Source of the DNA: Turneriella sp.
GTDB lineage: Bacteria > Spirochaetota > Leptospiria > Turneriellales > Turneriellaceae
Direction of reading: 5' to 3'
Assembly (NCBI GenBank): GCA_965279515.1
Contig: CBDIID010000003.1
Span: 2,976,001-3,040,000 of the forward strand
Length of the DNA stretch: 64,000 bases
The translations under genes were made by a program, and so were the position numbers. The notes under the pieces were generated by a model. It had not been told where the DNA came from. It saw nothing but the letters and a program-made list of their open reading frames with translations, and made no database searches. Every line of letters begins with the position of its first letter. Positions within the stretch are counted from its first letter, which is position 1. Below are positions 9,271 to 18,598 of this stretch, piece after piece.

Positions 9271-10941
9271 ATGAAGCGTATGAAATTAACATTAGGATTG
9301 TTGTCGGTTACGGCATTATTTTCTTCCGGATTGATTTTTGCAGAGCAGGTTAAGGCTGTGCCAAAACCCGGTGCGAAAACAGAACTCGTAAAACCCGATG
9401 CCACCAAGGCCAAAACCCCTGATGCTTCGACCGAACATGCAGCGCCCGTCGCGGTAGGCGGTGAAACTCACACTCCGGCTGCCGTCACGGGCCATGCCGC
9501 CGTTGATCCGCAAAAAGAGCTGGGTAAGAAATTATCTATCCTGACGTTGATACCATTTGTCATCATTCTGCTGGCGATTGCCGTGTTACCACTGGTGATT
9601 CCCCACCTCTGGGAATCGAATCTGGTCAAGGCCGTCATCAGCGTCCTCTTGGCCCTGATTACCGCGGGTTATCTTGCCACGCAGGGCCACCTGGGTGTTG
9701 AGGTGATTGTCGAAACACTCAAAGAATATTATGCCTTCATTTGTCTGCTCGTTGCATTGTTCACGATTTCAGGCGGCATCTATGTCGAAGGTGACATGAA
9801 AGCGACTCCGCTGACGAATACCACGATTCTCGGCATTGGTGCTGTCATCGCGAGCTTCATTGGTACCACAGGCGCTTCGGTATTGCTGATTCGTCCCCTG
9901 ATCCGTACGAATAAAGAGCGCAAGCACACGATGCATATTTTTGTCTTCTTTATCTTGCTCGTTTCTAACGTCGGTGGTGTGCTGCTCCCGGTGGGAGATC
10001 CCCCGCTCTTTATGGGTTACCTCTATGGCGTGCCGTTCTTCTGGACGCTGATTAAACTCTGGCCGATCTGGCTGACGGCGGTCGCAATTCTGCTGATTAT
10101 CTTTTTTGTCTGGGATATGATTGCCTATAGCAAAGAGAACAAGGCCGATCTCGCGAAAGACGCCACACAACAAAGCAAGCTGCGCATTCAGGGCGGTATC
10201 AACTTTGCGCTGATCGGTGGCGTGCTCCTGGCGGTTGTCTTTCTCAAGGATTATAAAACTGAACACGGCGACCTTGGCTTGGCTTGGTTGCAGCAGCCTG
10301 TGATGCTGGGTTTTGCATTGCTTTCTTTCGTCATCGATCACATAGCCAAAACGAAGAAAACCAAAGCGCACGAAGAGGTGCTGCTGGCAAAATTAGAAAA
10401 AGAAGGCAAGGTGACCGCGAATATGCGCGTACTCACCCACTATAAGCCGCACACACCGCGCGATAAAAACAATTTTAGCTTCGGCCCGATCATCGAGGTC
10501 GCCGCGCTGTTTATCGGTATCTTTATTACCATGATTCCCGCGCTCTGTATTCTGAAGGCGCGCGGCGCCGAAACAGGTGTCACACAGCCCTGGCAGTTTT
10601 ATTGGATTACCGGGGCGCTCAGTTCGTTCCTCGATAATGCTCCGTCGTATGCGACGTTCTTTGCGCTGGGCCAGGGTGTAACGGCGAACATGGGCGCGGC
10701 TGCTGGTGCAGTCGTCACCGCGGCAACCGGCGCGATCAACGAAACCATTCTGATCGGTATCTCGGTCGGTGCCGTATTTTTCGGCGCCAATACCTATATC
10801 GGTAACGCTCCCAACTTTATGGTGAAGGCGATGTGCGAAGAATCGAAGATCAAGATGCCTTCGTTCTTCGGATATATGGTTTATACGATTCTGATTCTCG
10901 TGCCGGTACTGGCGCTGGTACACCTCATTTTCCTGCGCTAA
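9271..10941 (+). CDS. Putative sodium:proton antiporter / ion transporter (IT) superfamily permease
   Basis: Many TM helices. Motifs IGTTGAS, SNVGG-x-L-x-PVGDPPL, LSSFLDNAP and TYIGNAPNFMVK. Confidence 0.88.
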   Translation: MKRMKLTLGLLSVTALFSSGLIFAEQVKAVPKPGAKTELVKPDATKAKTPDASTEHAAPVAVGGETHTPAAVTGHAAVDPQKELGKKLSILTLIPFVIILLAIAVLPLVIPHLWESNLVKAVISVLLALITAGYLATQGHLGVEVIVETLKEYYAFICLLVALFTISGGIYVEGDMKATPLTNTTILGIGAVIASFIGTTGASVLLIRPLIRTNKERKHTMHIFVFFILLVSNVGGVLLPVGDPPLFMGYLYGVPFFWTLIKLWPIWLTAVAILLIIFFVWDMIAYSKENKADLAKDATQQSKLRIQGGINFALIGGVLLAVVFLKDYKTEHGDLGLAWLQQPVMLGFALLSFVIDHIAKTKKTKAHEEVLLAKLEKEGKVTANMRVLTHYKPHTPRDKNNFSFGPIIEVAALFIGIFITMIPALCILKARGAETGVTQPWQFYWITGALSSFLDNAPSYATFFALGQGVTANMGAAAGAVVTAATGAINETILIGISVGAVFFGANTYIGNAPNFMVKAMCEESKIKMPSFFGYMVYTILILVPVLALVHLIFLR

Positions 10942-10947
10942 GTTTCG

Positions 10948-11961
10948 ATGTTCGGCATCCGTTTCATCAAGTTCGATGCGATGACCTATGTCATCCATCA
11001 TAAGAGGGGGCGGATTAAGCGCGAGGGCCGCGGGCTCTCGTTCTATTATTACGAGCCATCAAGTTCGATTGCCGCGATTCCCCTGGGGTCGAACGATGTG
11101 CCGTTTATCTTTAACGAAACGACGCTCGACTACCAGACAGTCTCCATTCAGGGGCAGATCTCGTACCGCGTCAGCGACGCGAAAAAACTCTCCGAAGTGC
11201 TTGATTTCACCGTCGATGCCGAAGGCAGCTACAAAAAAGATGAAAGTGAGAAGCTGACACAGCGGATTATCAACGAGGCACAGACGGCGACGTCGGCGCT
11301 CATCCACTCATTGCCGCTGAAAGAGGCACTGCGCAGCGCCCAGGCATTCGAAGAGAAGATTTCAGGCGGATTAAAATCGGCGGTGGCCGTCAATGCGCTC
11401 GGTCTGGATATTTTATCCGTGAATGTGCTGGCGGTGAAGGCAACTCCCGAAATGGAGCGGGCGCTCGAGACCGAGACGCGCGAAGGCATTCAGCAGGGCG
11501 CCGACCAGGCGATTTACGCGCGGCGTAATTTTGCCGTCGAGCAGGAACGCAAGATCAAGGAATCGGAACTGAGTACCGAGATTGCCGTCGAAGAGAAAAA
11601 GAAACAGATCGTTGAAAAAAAGGCTGAGACCGAAGTTCTCAATGCCGAGAACAACAAAAAGCTGCGCGAGATGAAAATCAGGGCCGATATCTCGGTCGAA
11701 ACCGAGCGGCAGAAACTCATCGACACGCGCGTACTGAACTCGCGCAAAGAAGCTGACGCACAGGGATATACGATTGAAACCCTGCTGAAACCCTACCGTA
11801 CCATGGACTGGAAGACGCTCGCCGCGATCGGCAAAGATTTTAACGCCAACTCACAGGTGGCGATGGCGTTTCGCCTTCTGGCCGAAAATGCCGAGAAGAT
11901 CGGTACACTGAATATTACGCCCGATTTGTTACAGTCGTTGACGGAGAAAAAAGACGCATGA
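10948..11961 (+). CDS. SPFH/Band 7 domain protein (NrtX-like)
   Basis: Band 7-like N-terminus, coiled-coil AVEQERKIKE, and C-terminal ENAEKIGTLNITPDLL. Confidence 0.85.
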   Translation: MFGIRFIKFDAMTYVIHHKRGRIKREGRGLSFYYYEPSSSIAAIPLGSNDVPFIFNETTLDYQTVSIQGQISYRVSDAKKLSEVLDFTVDAEGSYKKDESEKLTQRIINEAQTATSALIHSLPLKEALRSAQAFEEKISGGLKSAVAVNALGLDILSVNVLAVKATPEMERALETETREGIQQGADQAIYARRNFAVEQERKIKESELSTEIAVEEKKKQIVEKKAETEVLNAENNKKLREMKIRADISVETERQKLIDTRVLNSRKEADAQGYTIETLLKPYRTMDWKTLAAIGKDFNANSQVAMAFRLLAENAEKIGTLNITPDLLQSLTEKKDA

Positions 11962-11962
11962 T

Positions 11963-12033
11963 CGGTCACTTCGACTCCGCTCAGTGACCGGGGCGATTTT
12001 GGTCGTTGAGCGGGGTCGAAACGCCCAAAATCG
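11963..12033. repeat. REP-like palindromic doublet
   Basis: CGGTCACT...AGTGACCG hairpin. TTCGACTCCGCTCA (11970-11983) is inverted as TGAGCGGGGTCGAA (12007-12020) with one mismatch. Confidence 0.75.
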
Positions 12034-12038
12034 TAACC

Positions 12039-12953
12039 ATGCTCGAATACGCCATCATTGTCCGCTCGAAGACCCGCCGCGAGCTTCTGCAAGACAAGTT
12101 CCAAACCCACGCCCAGGCTAAATTTTATGTCGAGCGCTCAGGTGGCCGCATCGACGACATTGACGCCGAGCATGACGAGTTTTACCGCAGCCTCGAGGCG
12201 GTGCAGGCACAGCTCTCAGGCAAACTGAAGTTCAAGATTATCGACCGTAGTTTTCTGCCTTCGTTCCTGTTTGCTGAAAACCATCTGATTATCACGGTCG
12301 GGCAAGATGGCCTCGTCGCCAATACGGCGAAATATGCCAAGGGCCAGCCGATCATTGGCGTGAATCCCGACCCTGCGCGCTTTGACGGTGTACTGCTCAG
12401 AACCCAGGTGAAGACCTTTGCCCAGCATCTGCAGCATGCACTTTCAGGTGGCGCGGTACTTTCCGAGATCACGATGGCCGAGCTGACACTCAATGACGGC
12501 CAGAGGCTGCTTGCTTTTAACGACTTTTTTATCGGTCCCTCGTCGCATATCTCTGCGCGTTACATCATCTCGCAGGGTGAAAAGCGCGAAGAGCATTCTT
12601 CATCGGGTATTCTCGTCGCCACCGGCGCGGGTAAGACGGGGTGGATGAGTTCGGTGCTCAATATGGTCGCGGGAATCTCGGGCAAGGCCGACCTTGCGCG
12701 CTATAAGAACCTGACGTGGAACTCCCCCGAGCTGATCTATGCGGTGCGCGAACCCTTTATCAGCAAGCAGTCGCAGGCATCGATGGTCTGGGGTATGATC
12801 GACCGGAAAAAACCCCTGGTGCTTGAATCGCGCATGGCGCAGAACGGCGTCATCTTCAGCGACGGTGTCGAGCGTGACTTTCTGCAATTTAACTCAGGGG
12901 CGATTGCCACGGTCGGCGTTGCGTCAGAAAAGGCGAGGCTCGTAACCGGTTAA
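12039..12953 (+). CDS. NAD-kinase-fold protein (NrtY-like)
   Basis: VGQDG (variant of GGDG), IIGVN, AFND and SSGILVATGAGKTGW. ATG at 12039. Confidence 0.85.
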   Translation: MLEYAIIVRSKTRRELLQDKFQTHAQAKFYVERSGGRIDDIDAEHDEFYRSLEAVQAQLSGKLKFKIIDRSFLPSFLFAENHLIITVGQDGLVANTAKYAKGQPIIGVNPDPARFDGVLLRTQVKTFAQHLQHALSGGAVLSEITMAELTLNDGQRLLAFNDFFIGPSSHISARYIISQGEKREEHSSSGILVATGAGKTGWMSSVLNMVAGISGKADLARYKNLTWNSPELIYAVREPFISKQSQASMVWGMIDRKKPLVLESRMAQNGVIFSDGVERDFLQFNSGAIATVGVASEKARLVTG

Positions 12954-12990
12954 TAGTTGACGGATCGAAAAGCCGGGGGTTCACAACGCC

Positions 12991-13977
12991 ATGAAGCAGA
13001 GTGCCGCTGAAGTTCCCGTCCACAGTTACCAGCGCAAGGCCGCCATCGTCTCAGGCGGTATTGCCGATCATTCCGGCAAGGTGCAGGTACGCCCCATTGA
13101 AAATTTTGACCTGAACCGCACGATTTTCAACACGCTTGAGGGTGCATTGCCGCGCCTCGTCATACAGACGCGCATCGCCAAAGATGTAAAGTGGGATGCC
13201 CCCGTTGCAGAAGCTATCGACAAACAATATGTACAAAAGTCTGCAGAAAAGAAACTGCCACCGATCAGCCCTGAACTGTTACGGTTTTTGAGTGAAGAAT
13301 GCGATTTTGACGTCGAGCATGCCGATGGTTCTTTTCTCGACCATCTTTATTACTGCTACGAGTACACGCACTACTATCTGCCGCAGCATTCTGCGCTGGT
13401 GATGCTTTTGCATTCGATATTGGGTACAGGTACCAACACCTTCGCCATGACGAAGGAAAAAATTCCCCGGTTGAAGCCGCTGATGAGCGAGTTCGAATGG
13501 ACGCATGTTGAGGCATTTCCTTCGGTTCTGCGTTTACTCTACGATGTGAACCTGCTGAAAGAACTGGAAAACAATCGTACCCGGCTCGACGAACTTAAAG
13601 AAATCCATTTCCACCGTGTGATCGACAATGAGCCGCTGAAGATGTCCGGCAAAGATTTCTGGATACAGCTCAATTACCAGCTGATTCACCTGACAGATTT
13701 TATCCCTGTGAGCAACTGGTCGGCGCATTCGAACGATTCTGCCTTTATTCTATTCCGCCGCCTGTTTCCGTTTCTCGAGAAGACAGGCAAACTCGAGGCG
13801 AAGGTCAGTTACAAGCCACCTTTCCCGTTTGCGCCGGTTACGGGCGAGCAGCTGCCGATCGCCGGTTGGCTTTTGACGCTCTTACCATCGGGTCTGAGCG
13901 AACGCATGACCGCGCAATCGATCCGTAATTTTTCCAAAGCGATCGGCCACGATCTGAGTTACAAGCTCGTGTTCTAG
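12991..13977 (+). CDS. Hypothetical protein with an HD-like/DUF6817-like His motif
   Basis: EHADGSFLDHL...LLHSILGT. Confidence 0.65.
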   Translation: MKQSAAEVPVHSYQRKAAIVSGGIADHSGKVQVRPIENFDLNRTIFNTLEGALPRLVIQTRIAKDVKWDAPVAEAIDKQYVQKSAEKKLPPISPELLRFLSEECDFDVEHADGSFLDHLYYCYEYTHYYLPQHSALVMLLHSILGTGTNTFAMTKEKIPRLKPLMSEFEWTHVEAFPSVLRLLYDVNLLKELENNRTRLDELKEIHFHRVIDNEPLKMSGKDFWIQLNYQLIHLTDFIPVSNWSAHSNDSAFILFRRLFPFLEKTGKLEAKVSYKPPFPFAPVTGEQLPIAGWLLTLLPSGLSERMTAQSIRNFSKAIGHDLSYKLVF

Positions 13978-13992
13978 CGGGCGCGGCAAGAG

Positions 13993-15111
13993 ATGGTCTG
14001 GGTATTTCTCTTTGCCGCTTTCGGGGCAGCCCTGGTGGCGCTCGGCCAGATTTTCTATCTGAAGAACAGTAAAAACCGTGTGGCGTTCTTTATGTATGTC
14101 TGCATGGCATATATTCTCATTTATTTCAAGCTCGCCTTCGATCTCACCATGGTCTCGTATGGGCATCTCTACCTGACAGGTAATATCGCGGGAATCGCCG
14201 CCGCATGCCTTATCTACTTTCATGTGCGCAGCGTTTCGGATAGTTCGTTCGTTTTTGGCTGGCGGCACGGCGCCGTGATTTTGGGATGTATCACTGCCTA
14301 CGCGCTGACGCTGCTGCCGTTCTGGCTGCTTTCCGCACCGGAAAAAGGCGAGTTGCTGCGCAAGATGATTACCAGCGGATTTCTCTACTGGAATGAACCG
14401 GAAATTCTCGGGGTTTCTGTCTTTAAGATCAGCAATGCTGTTTTTGCTGTAAATTCTATTACTTTCATCGGCCTCGCCACGCTGCGCCTGATCCGTTCGA
14501 TCGAGCCGGAACGCATTTGGCGTAATTTCTATTTTTATCTCAGCGTCATCATTGGCATCGGTTTTATCGCGACATTGATTGGCAGTTATGGGGTTTATGT
14601 CGGTTCCGTGTTTATGGTAGAAATACTCGGGGGCATTCTCGGCGCCTGTATCTTCGGCTTCTATCTCGTGGGCCAGGCTTTTCCCTGGGCGCTCTATGAG
14701 AGGCCGAATCTCGGGGACACTGAATCTGTAGCCGATGCCTCCCCCGGTCGGTCACGGTTGAAAGACGAAGACGTGCAAAAGATTTCCGAAAAGCTGGATA
14801 TCCTGCTGAGCCAAAATAAGCTCTTTAAACGCAGCGATCTTTCACTGCCGGTTCTCGCCGCCGAAGTGGGGGTAACGCCGCACCAGCTTTCGGAGTATCT
14901 CAACCGTTTCGTTAAAAAACGCTTCACCGCGTTTGTGAATGGTTACAGGGTCGAAGAAGCGAAGCGGCTTTTTGCGGCGGATACCCGTACCAATAACATT
15001 ATCGTGGCGCGCGAAACGGGCTTTAACAGCGACACGCATTTCCATTTTGTTTTCCAGAATATGACCGGTATCAGTCCGGGGGAATTCCGCCGTTCGGCAG
15101 TAAAAGCCTGA
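13993..15111 (+). CDS. Membrane-embedded AraC-family transcriptional regulator
   Basis: About 7 TM helices, then LSLPVLAAEVGVTPHQLSEYLN...FVNGYRVEEAK...ETGFNS...F...TGISPGEFR. Confidence 0.92.
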   Translation: MVWVFLFAAFGAALVALGQIFYLKNSKNRVAFFMYVCMAYILIYFKLAFDLTMVSYGHLYLTGNIAGIAAACLIYFHVRSVSDSSFVFGWRHGAVILGCITAYALTLLPFWLLSAPEKGELLRKMITSGFLYWNEPEILGVSVFKISNAVFAVNSITFIGLATLRLIRSIEPERIWRNFYFYLSVIIGIGFIATLIGSYGVYVGSVFMVEILGGILGACIFGFYLVGQAFPWALYERPNLGDTESVADASPGRSRLKDEDVQKISEKLDILLSQNKLFKRSDLSLPVLAAEVGVTPHQLSEYLNRFVKKRFTAFVNGYRVEEAKRLFAADTRTNNIIVARETGFNSDTHFHFVFQNMTGISPGEFRRSAVKA

Positions 15112-15180
15112 AATATTCATAAGTTATAACTTCGTAAGCATTGTTTGAGCCGCTTTTTGCCGTGCTGCGTATAATAGCTG

Positions 15181-16140
15181 GTGGAAAAGGCACGCGCAAT
15201 GTACCGGGCACGTTTACAGTATTATGTCGCTTTCTGTTTGCTGGCCTTGCCGTCGGTTTTTGCGGCTCCCGTCGAAACGACGCAGCAGCGCAAAAAGCTG
15301 ATTTTCGTGAATTTTTATAATGCCACGGGCAACAAGAACATCGCCTACCTCGAAAGTTCGATCGTCGATTCGATCCATGAACTCATTAAGAACAAGTATG
15401 CCTATGACCGGGTAACCGCCGAAGAGTGGAAAAAATTCATTACCTACAGCGACTTCTCTGAGGCAGATTATTACGATCCCGAAAAGCTACAAAAGATCGG
15501 CATGCATTTTCATGCCGATGGTATTATCTTTGGCAAGCTCTCCAACCACCCGAACGGGATTCTCATCACCGGCAAGATTCTTTCCGTGATCGAAAAAGAA
15601 GTCATCGCCGAAAAGGAACTCGTCGCGCCGCTCACCGCCGAGATGTTCGAGAGTGTCAATAGCATCTCTGAAGCTCTGGCAGTCAAAATCAAAGACCTGT
15701 TCATTCCCTCGGACTTAGGTGCGCTGCGGCGCTCGGCAATGCTACCGGGCTGGGGCCAGTTTTACAAGCAGCGCAAGAAGTGGGGCTATATCTGGGGGAT
15801 TTCTGTTGGGGTCGCATTTCTCACATCTTCGTATTTCACCTACGCTTACATAAAGAATAACAACGCTTACAGAAACGCTGAGCCTCAGGATGATCCGGCG
15901 AGCCTGTACAGTAAGGCAGATTCAAGCTACACTGCGATGCAGATCGGCTGGTATGTGACGCTTGGTCTCTATGTTCTCAATCTTGCAGACGCGTATTTTT
16001 TCCATGGCGACTACAATCTCGCGGCACCTGGCAAGACTGCCATGTTGCCCGAGAATATATCGATAGCCGTGAACCGGATACTGTCGCCATTCGGGCAGGC
16101 GGAGACGGCGGTGAATATTCTATGGAGGCAGCCTTTATGA
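15181..16140 (+). CDS. Secreted TolB_N/FlgO/CsgG-like protein with a DUF5683-like C-terminal region
   Basis: Signal peptide, LIFVNFYNATGNKNIAYL...ADGIIFGK, and SAMLPGWGQFY. Confidence 0.7.
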   Translation: MEKARAMYRARLQYYVAFCLLALPSVFAAPVETTQQRKKLIFVNFYNATGNKNIAYLESSIVDSIHELIKNKYAYDRVTAEEWKKFITYSDFSEADYYDPEKLQKIGMHFHADGIIFGKLSNHPNGILITGKILSVIEKEVIAEKELVAPLTAEMFESVNSISEALAVKIKDLFIPSDLGALRRSAMLPGWGQFYKQRKKWGYIWGISVGVAFLTSSYFTYAYIKNNNAYRNAEPQDDPASLYSKADSSYTAMQIGWYVTLGLYVLNLADAYFFHGDYNLAAPGKTAMLPENISIAVNRILSPFGQAETAVNILWRQPL

Positions 16141-18545
16141 AAGTATCAGCTCGTGCGTTGACTATTATATTCGCCTTAGGGGCGGTTACACAGTGTATTT
16201 TCCAGAGACCGGAGAAAAACAGCAGCTATGACGTCAACTGCGGCGGTGTCTCGATCGACAGCGCCGAAAGTTGTTTCAAGCTCGAGGTGATGGATATTGT
16301 CGCCATCGTACCGTCGACATTTACCGCGGCAAACCAACCCAAAACAATCGACTACTATTACAAAACTACGGATAACTGCAGTCGCGATCGTTTGACCGGT
16401 ATAGCCAGAGCGGATGTTGCACAACCAGGAGGGGAGGTTTGCACGAAGGTTCCGCATGCATCGAAACTTTCTGCATTGACCTCGATTGTCGTCACGTTTG
16501 TCGCCAACTGCTCAGGGCAGGGTAATTTTACCGGAAATCCCGGAGAATTTCAATCATCAGGGAATCCGACAAATGGAGCATGCAGCATCGAGCTACGGGC
16601 CGACGGGGGCTTCAAAGGTAAGAGTCTTACCACAACCGCCGTATTAAGCGTGAATATTGGTGTAACCCAGATTAATGGCGGTCAGCCGATGAACGTACGC
16701 GTATCTGACAGAGTTAACTGCGATGCTGATATCAAGACGACGTATGGATCAGGTTCGCTGATCCAATACACAGACGGGTTAACGACGGCGATGCCCGCAA
16801 CGGGTACTTGGTCTTATGTCGGCAGCGGCGGGTCTGTGGATTCGGCGGGTGTATTTACGCCAAGCGGGGCAAATGGCAATTTCTCGGGGACGGTGACTTA
16901 CACGGGCGTGACGACGAAGAACGTTACCGTTGCTTTGACTTTTCCGGTCACTATCAGTGACGGGGTATATGTAACACCAGGGGGTTCTGGAAATGGCTGC
17001 CAGAATAAACCTCAGGGTACGCTGCATTCTGGCATTGCGACAGCAAATGCGCTCTCTCCCAAAAGAACAGTCTATGCTGCGGTCGGTGACTATAGCTTTA
17101 ACTCACAGGGAGCCGGTTCGATCGCCTTACAGGAAGGTGTTTCGATACGCGGTGGCTATAACCTGACTTTTACCGGAAACCCTACACCGCTGGGGTACAC
17201 GCGTACCTGTAATGCGGCCACGATGAGCTGTCTCGTCGATACCTCGACCGTTACTGCATTCAACCGGGTAATCACCTTCGGATCCGGAATCACCGCGGCG
17301 ACGGTTGTTGACGGATTTTTCATTGCCGGAACTTCTTCGCAGAACAACGTCGCTGGCACGACGAACAGCGCGATCTATAGCACGGGGGGAACTCCCACTA
17401 TTCAAAACAACACAATATTCGGCGGAGCACCCATCAACGGTACGGGCAATTTTACGCTGGCAGCGATTGAAGCGCAATCAGCAGTCATCATTAAGAATAA
17501 TTTTATTATCGGCGGCGTCGGACCCGCCACCGCCAGCAGTTCGACGGTGCGTGCTATCTATTCCGTCAACGGCTTAAATGGCCTCATCGCCAACAATGTT
17601 ATCGATGCAGGAAGCAATGCTGCACGAACGACTACGTATGCATTGCAACTCACGAATGGTTGCCATCCGACACTGACAAACAATACGATCGTTTCGGCAT
17701 GGGGTAGCGCGGTTTTTATGGAAGACTATGGCGGTAGCGTCAATGCCTTCGACGGTAAAATCACCAACAATCTCATCGCCTGGGGGGGCACCGCTACCAA
17801 CTACGCGCTGCACGAAACACATCTGAAGGGTGGGCCTCGCTCGATAGAGAATAATGCATTTTACCCGCTCAACGGTACGGCGACAACGATGTATAACAGG
17901 GCTACGGGTTCGTCTACTATCGCCAATCTGGAAGTCTATGCGTCGACGGGTGGCAGTGACAAAACGCGCGGTAATATTCTGCTACCGTCGACAGGAAAGC
18001 CCTTCGTCAATTTTCCCCGGGTGATCGACAAGACTACGGGTGCAGGGGCCACAAACACCTTAATTGTAACGGGGCCGGCCAATCTCTATAACGATAATGA
18101 TTATGTTGAAGTGAACGGTGACAATATTCCGCGTCAGGTTACCTGCGGCGGTACACCTTGCAGTTCCCTGACATTGACGATTACGAGCGGTCCGCTTGCA
18201 ACAGCAAGTACGGCGAACATGGAAGTGCGTAGCTGGGGGACAAATAACAATGCTTCCGGTACCGCCTATAACATTAACTATAATTTAGCCCTTACGCAAG
18301 GCGCTAGCGGGCTCACCGCCCAGCTTTATAACAACCTGCGTTACGGTGGTAAAGACACGTCAGGCGATGTATGTGGCGCGCCGTCGGGCGGCCCAGGCAC
18401 AGGCCCTGGCGGCGAAAGCTGCGGGCAAATCACCACGGATTTTCGGACACCGACGAGGACCGCGGTTAACGGCAACCTAGCGGATAATACAACGAATAGC
18501 GCCGTTCCCGGTGGTTATTCGATGGGTGCGAATGAGAGGGATTAA
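16137..18545 (+). CDS. Large Gly/Thr/Asn/Cys-rich surface (lipo)protein with right-handed beta-helix repeats
   Basis: ATG at 16137 overlaps the upstream TGA. Signal ends AVTQC. Contains VYVTPGG...G (DUF1565-like), VYAAVGDY, GVSIRGGY and repeated I-x-NN-x-I strands. Confidence 0.8.
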   Translation: MKVSARALTIIFALGAVTQCIFQRPEKNSSYDVNCGGVSIDSAESCFKLEVMDIVAIVPSTFTAANQPKTIDYYYKTTDNCSRDRLTGIARADVAQPGGEVCTKVPHASKLSALTSIVVTFVANCSGQGNFTGNPGEFQSSGNPTNGACSIELRADGGFKGKSLTTTAVLSVNIGVTQINGGQPMNVRVSDRVNCDADIKTTYGSGSLIQYTDGLTTAMPATGTWSYVGSGGSVDSAGVFTPSGANGNFSGTVTYTGVTTKNVTVALTFPVTISDGVYVTPGGSGNGCQNKPQGTLHSGIATANALSPKRTVYAAVGDYSFNSQGAGSIALQEGVSIRGGYNLTFTGNPTPLGYTRTCNAATMSCLVDTSTVTAFNRVITFGSGITAATVVDGFFIAGTSSQNNVAGTTNSAIYSTGGTPTIQNNTIFGGAPINGTGNFTLAAIEAQSAVIIKNNFIIGGVGPATASSSTVRAIYSVNGLNGLIANNVIDAGSNAARTTTYALQLTNGCHPTLTNNTIVSAWGSAVFMEDYGGSVNAFDGKITNNLIAWGGTATNYALHETHLKGGPRSIENNAFYPLNGTATTMYNRATGSSTIANLEVYASTGGSDKTRGNILLPSTGKPFVNFPRVIDKTTGAGATNTLIVTGPANLYNDNDYVEVNGDNIPRQVTCGGTPCSSLTLTITSGPLATASTANMEVRSWGTNNNASGTAYNINYNLALTQGASGLTAQLYNNLRYGGKDTSGDVCGAPSGGPGTGPGGESCGQITTDFRTPTRTAVNGNLADNTTNSAVPGGYSMGANERD

Positions 18546-18598
18546 GCGCTGCCCAGTATAGTTACTTTACATCCCCTTTCAGGCAGCCACACCGGCGT

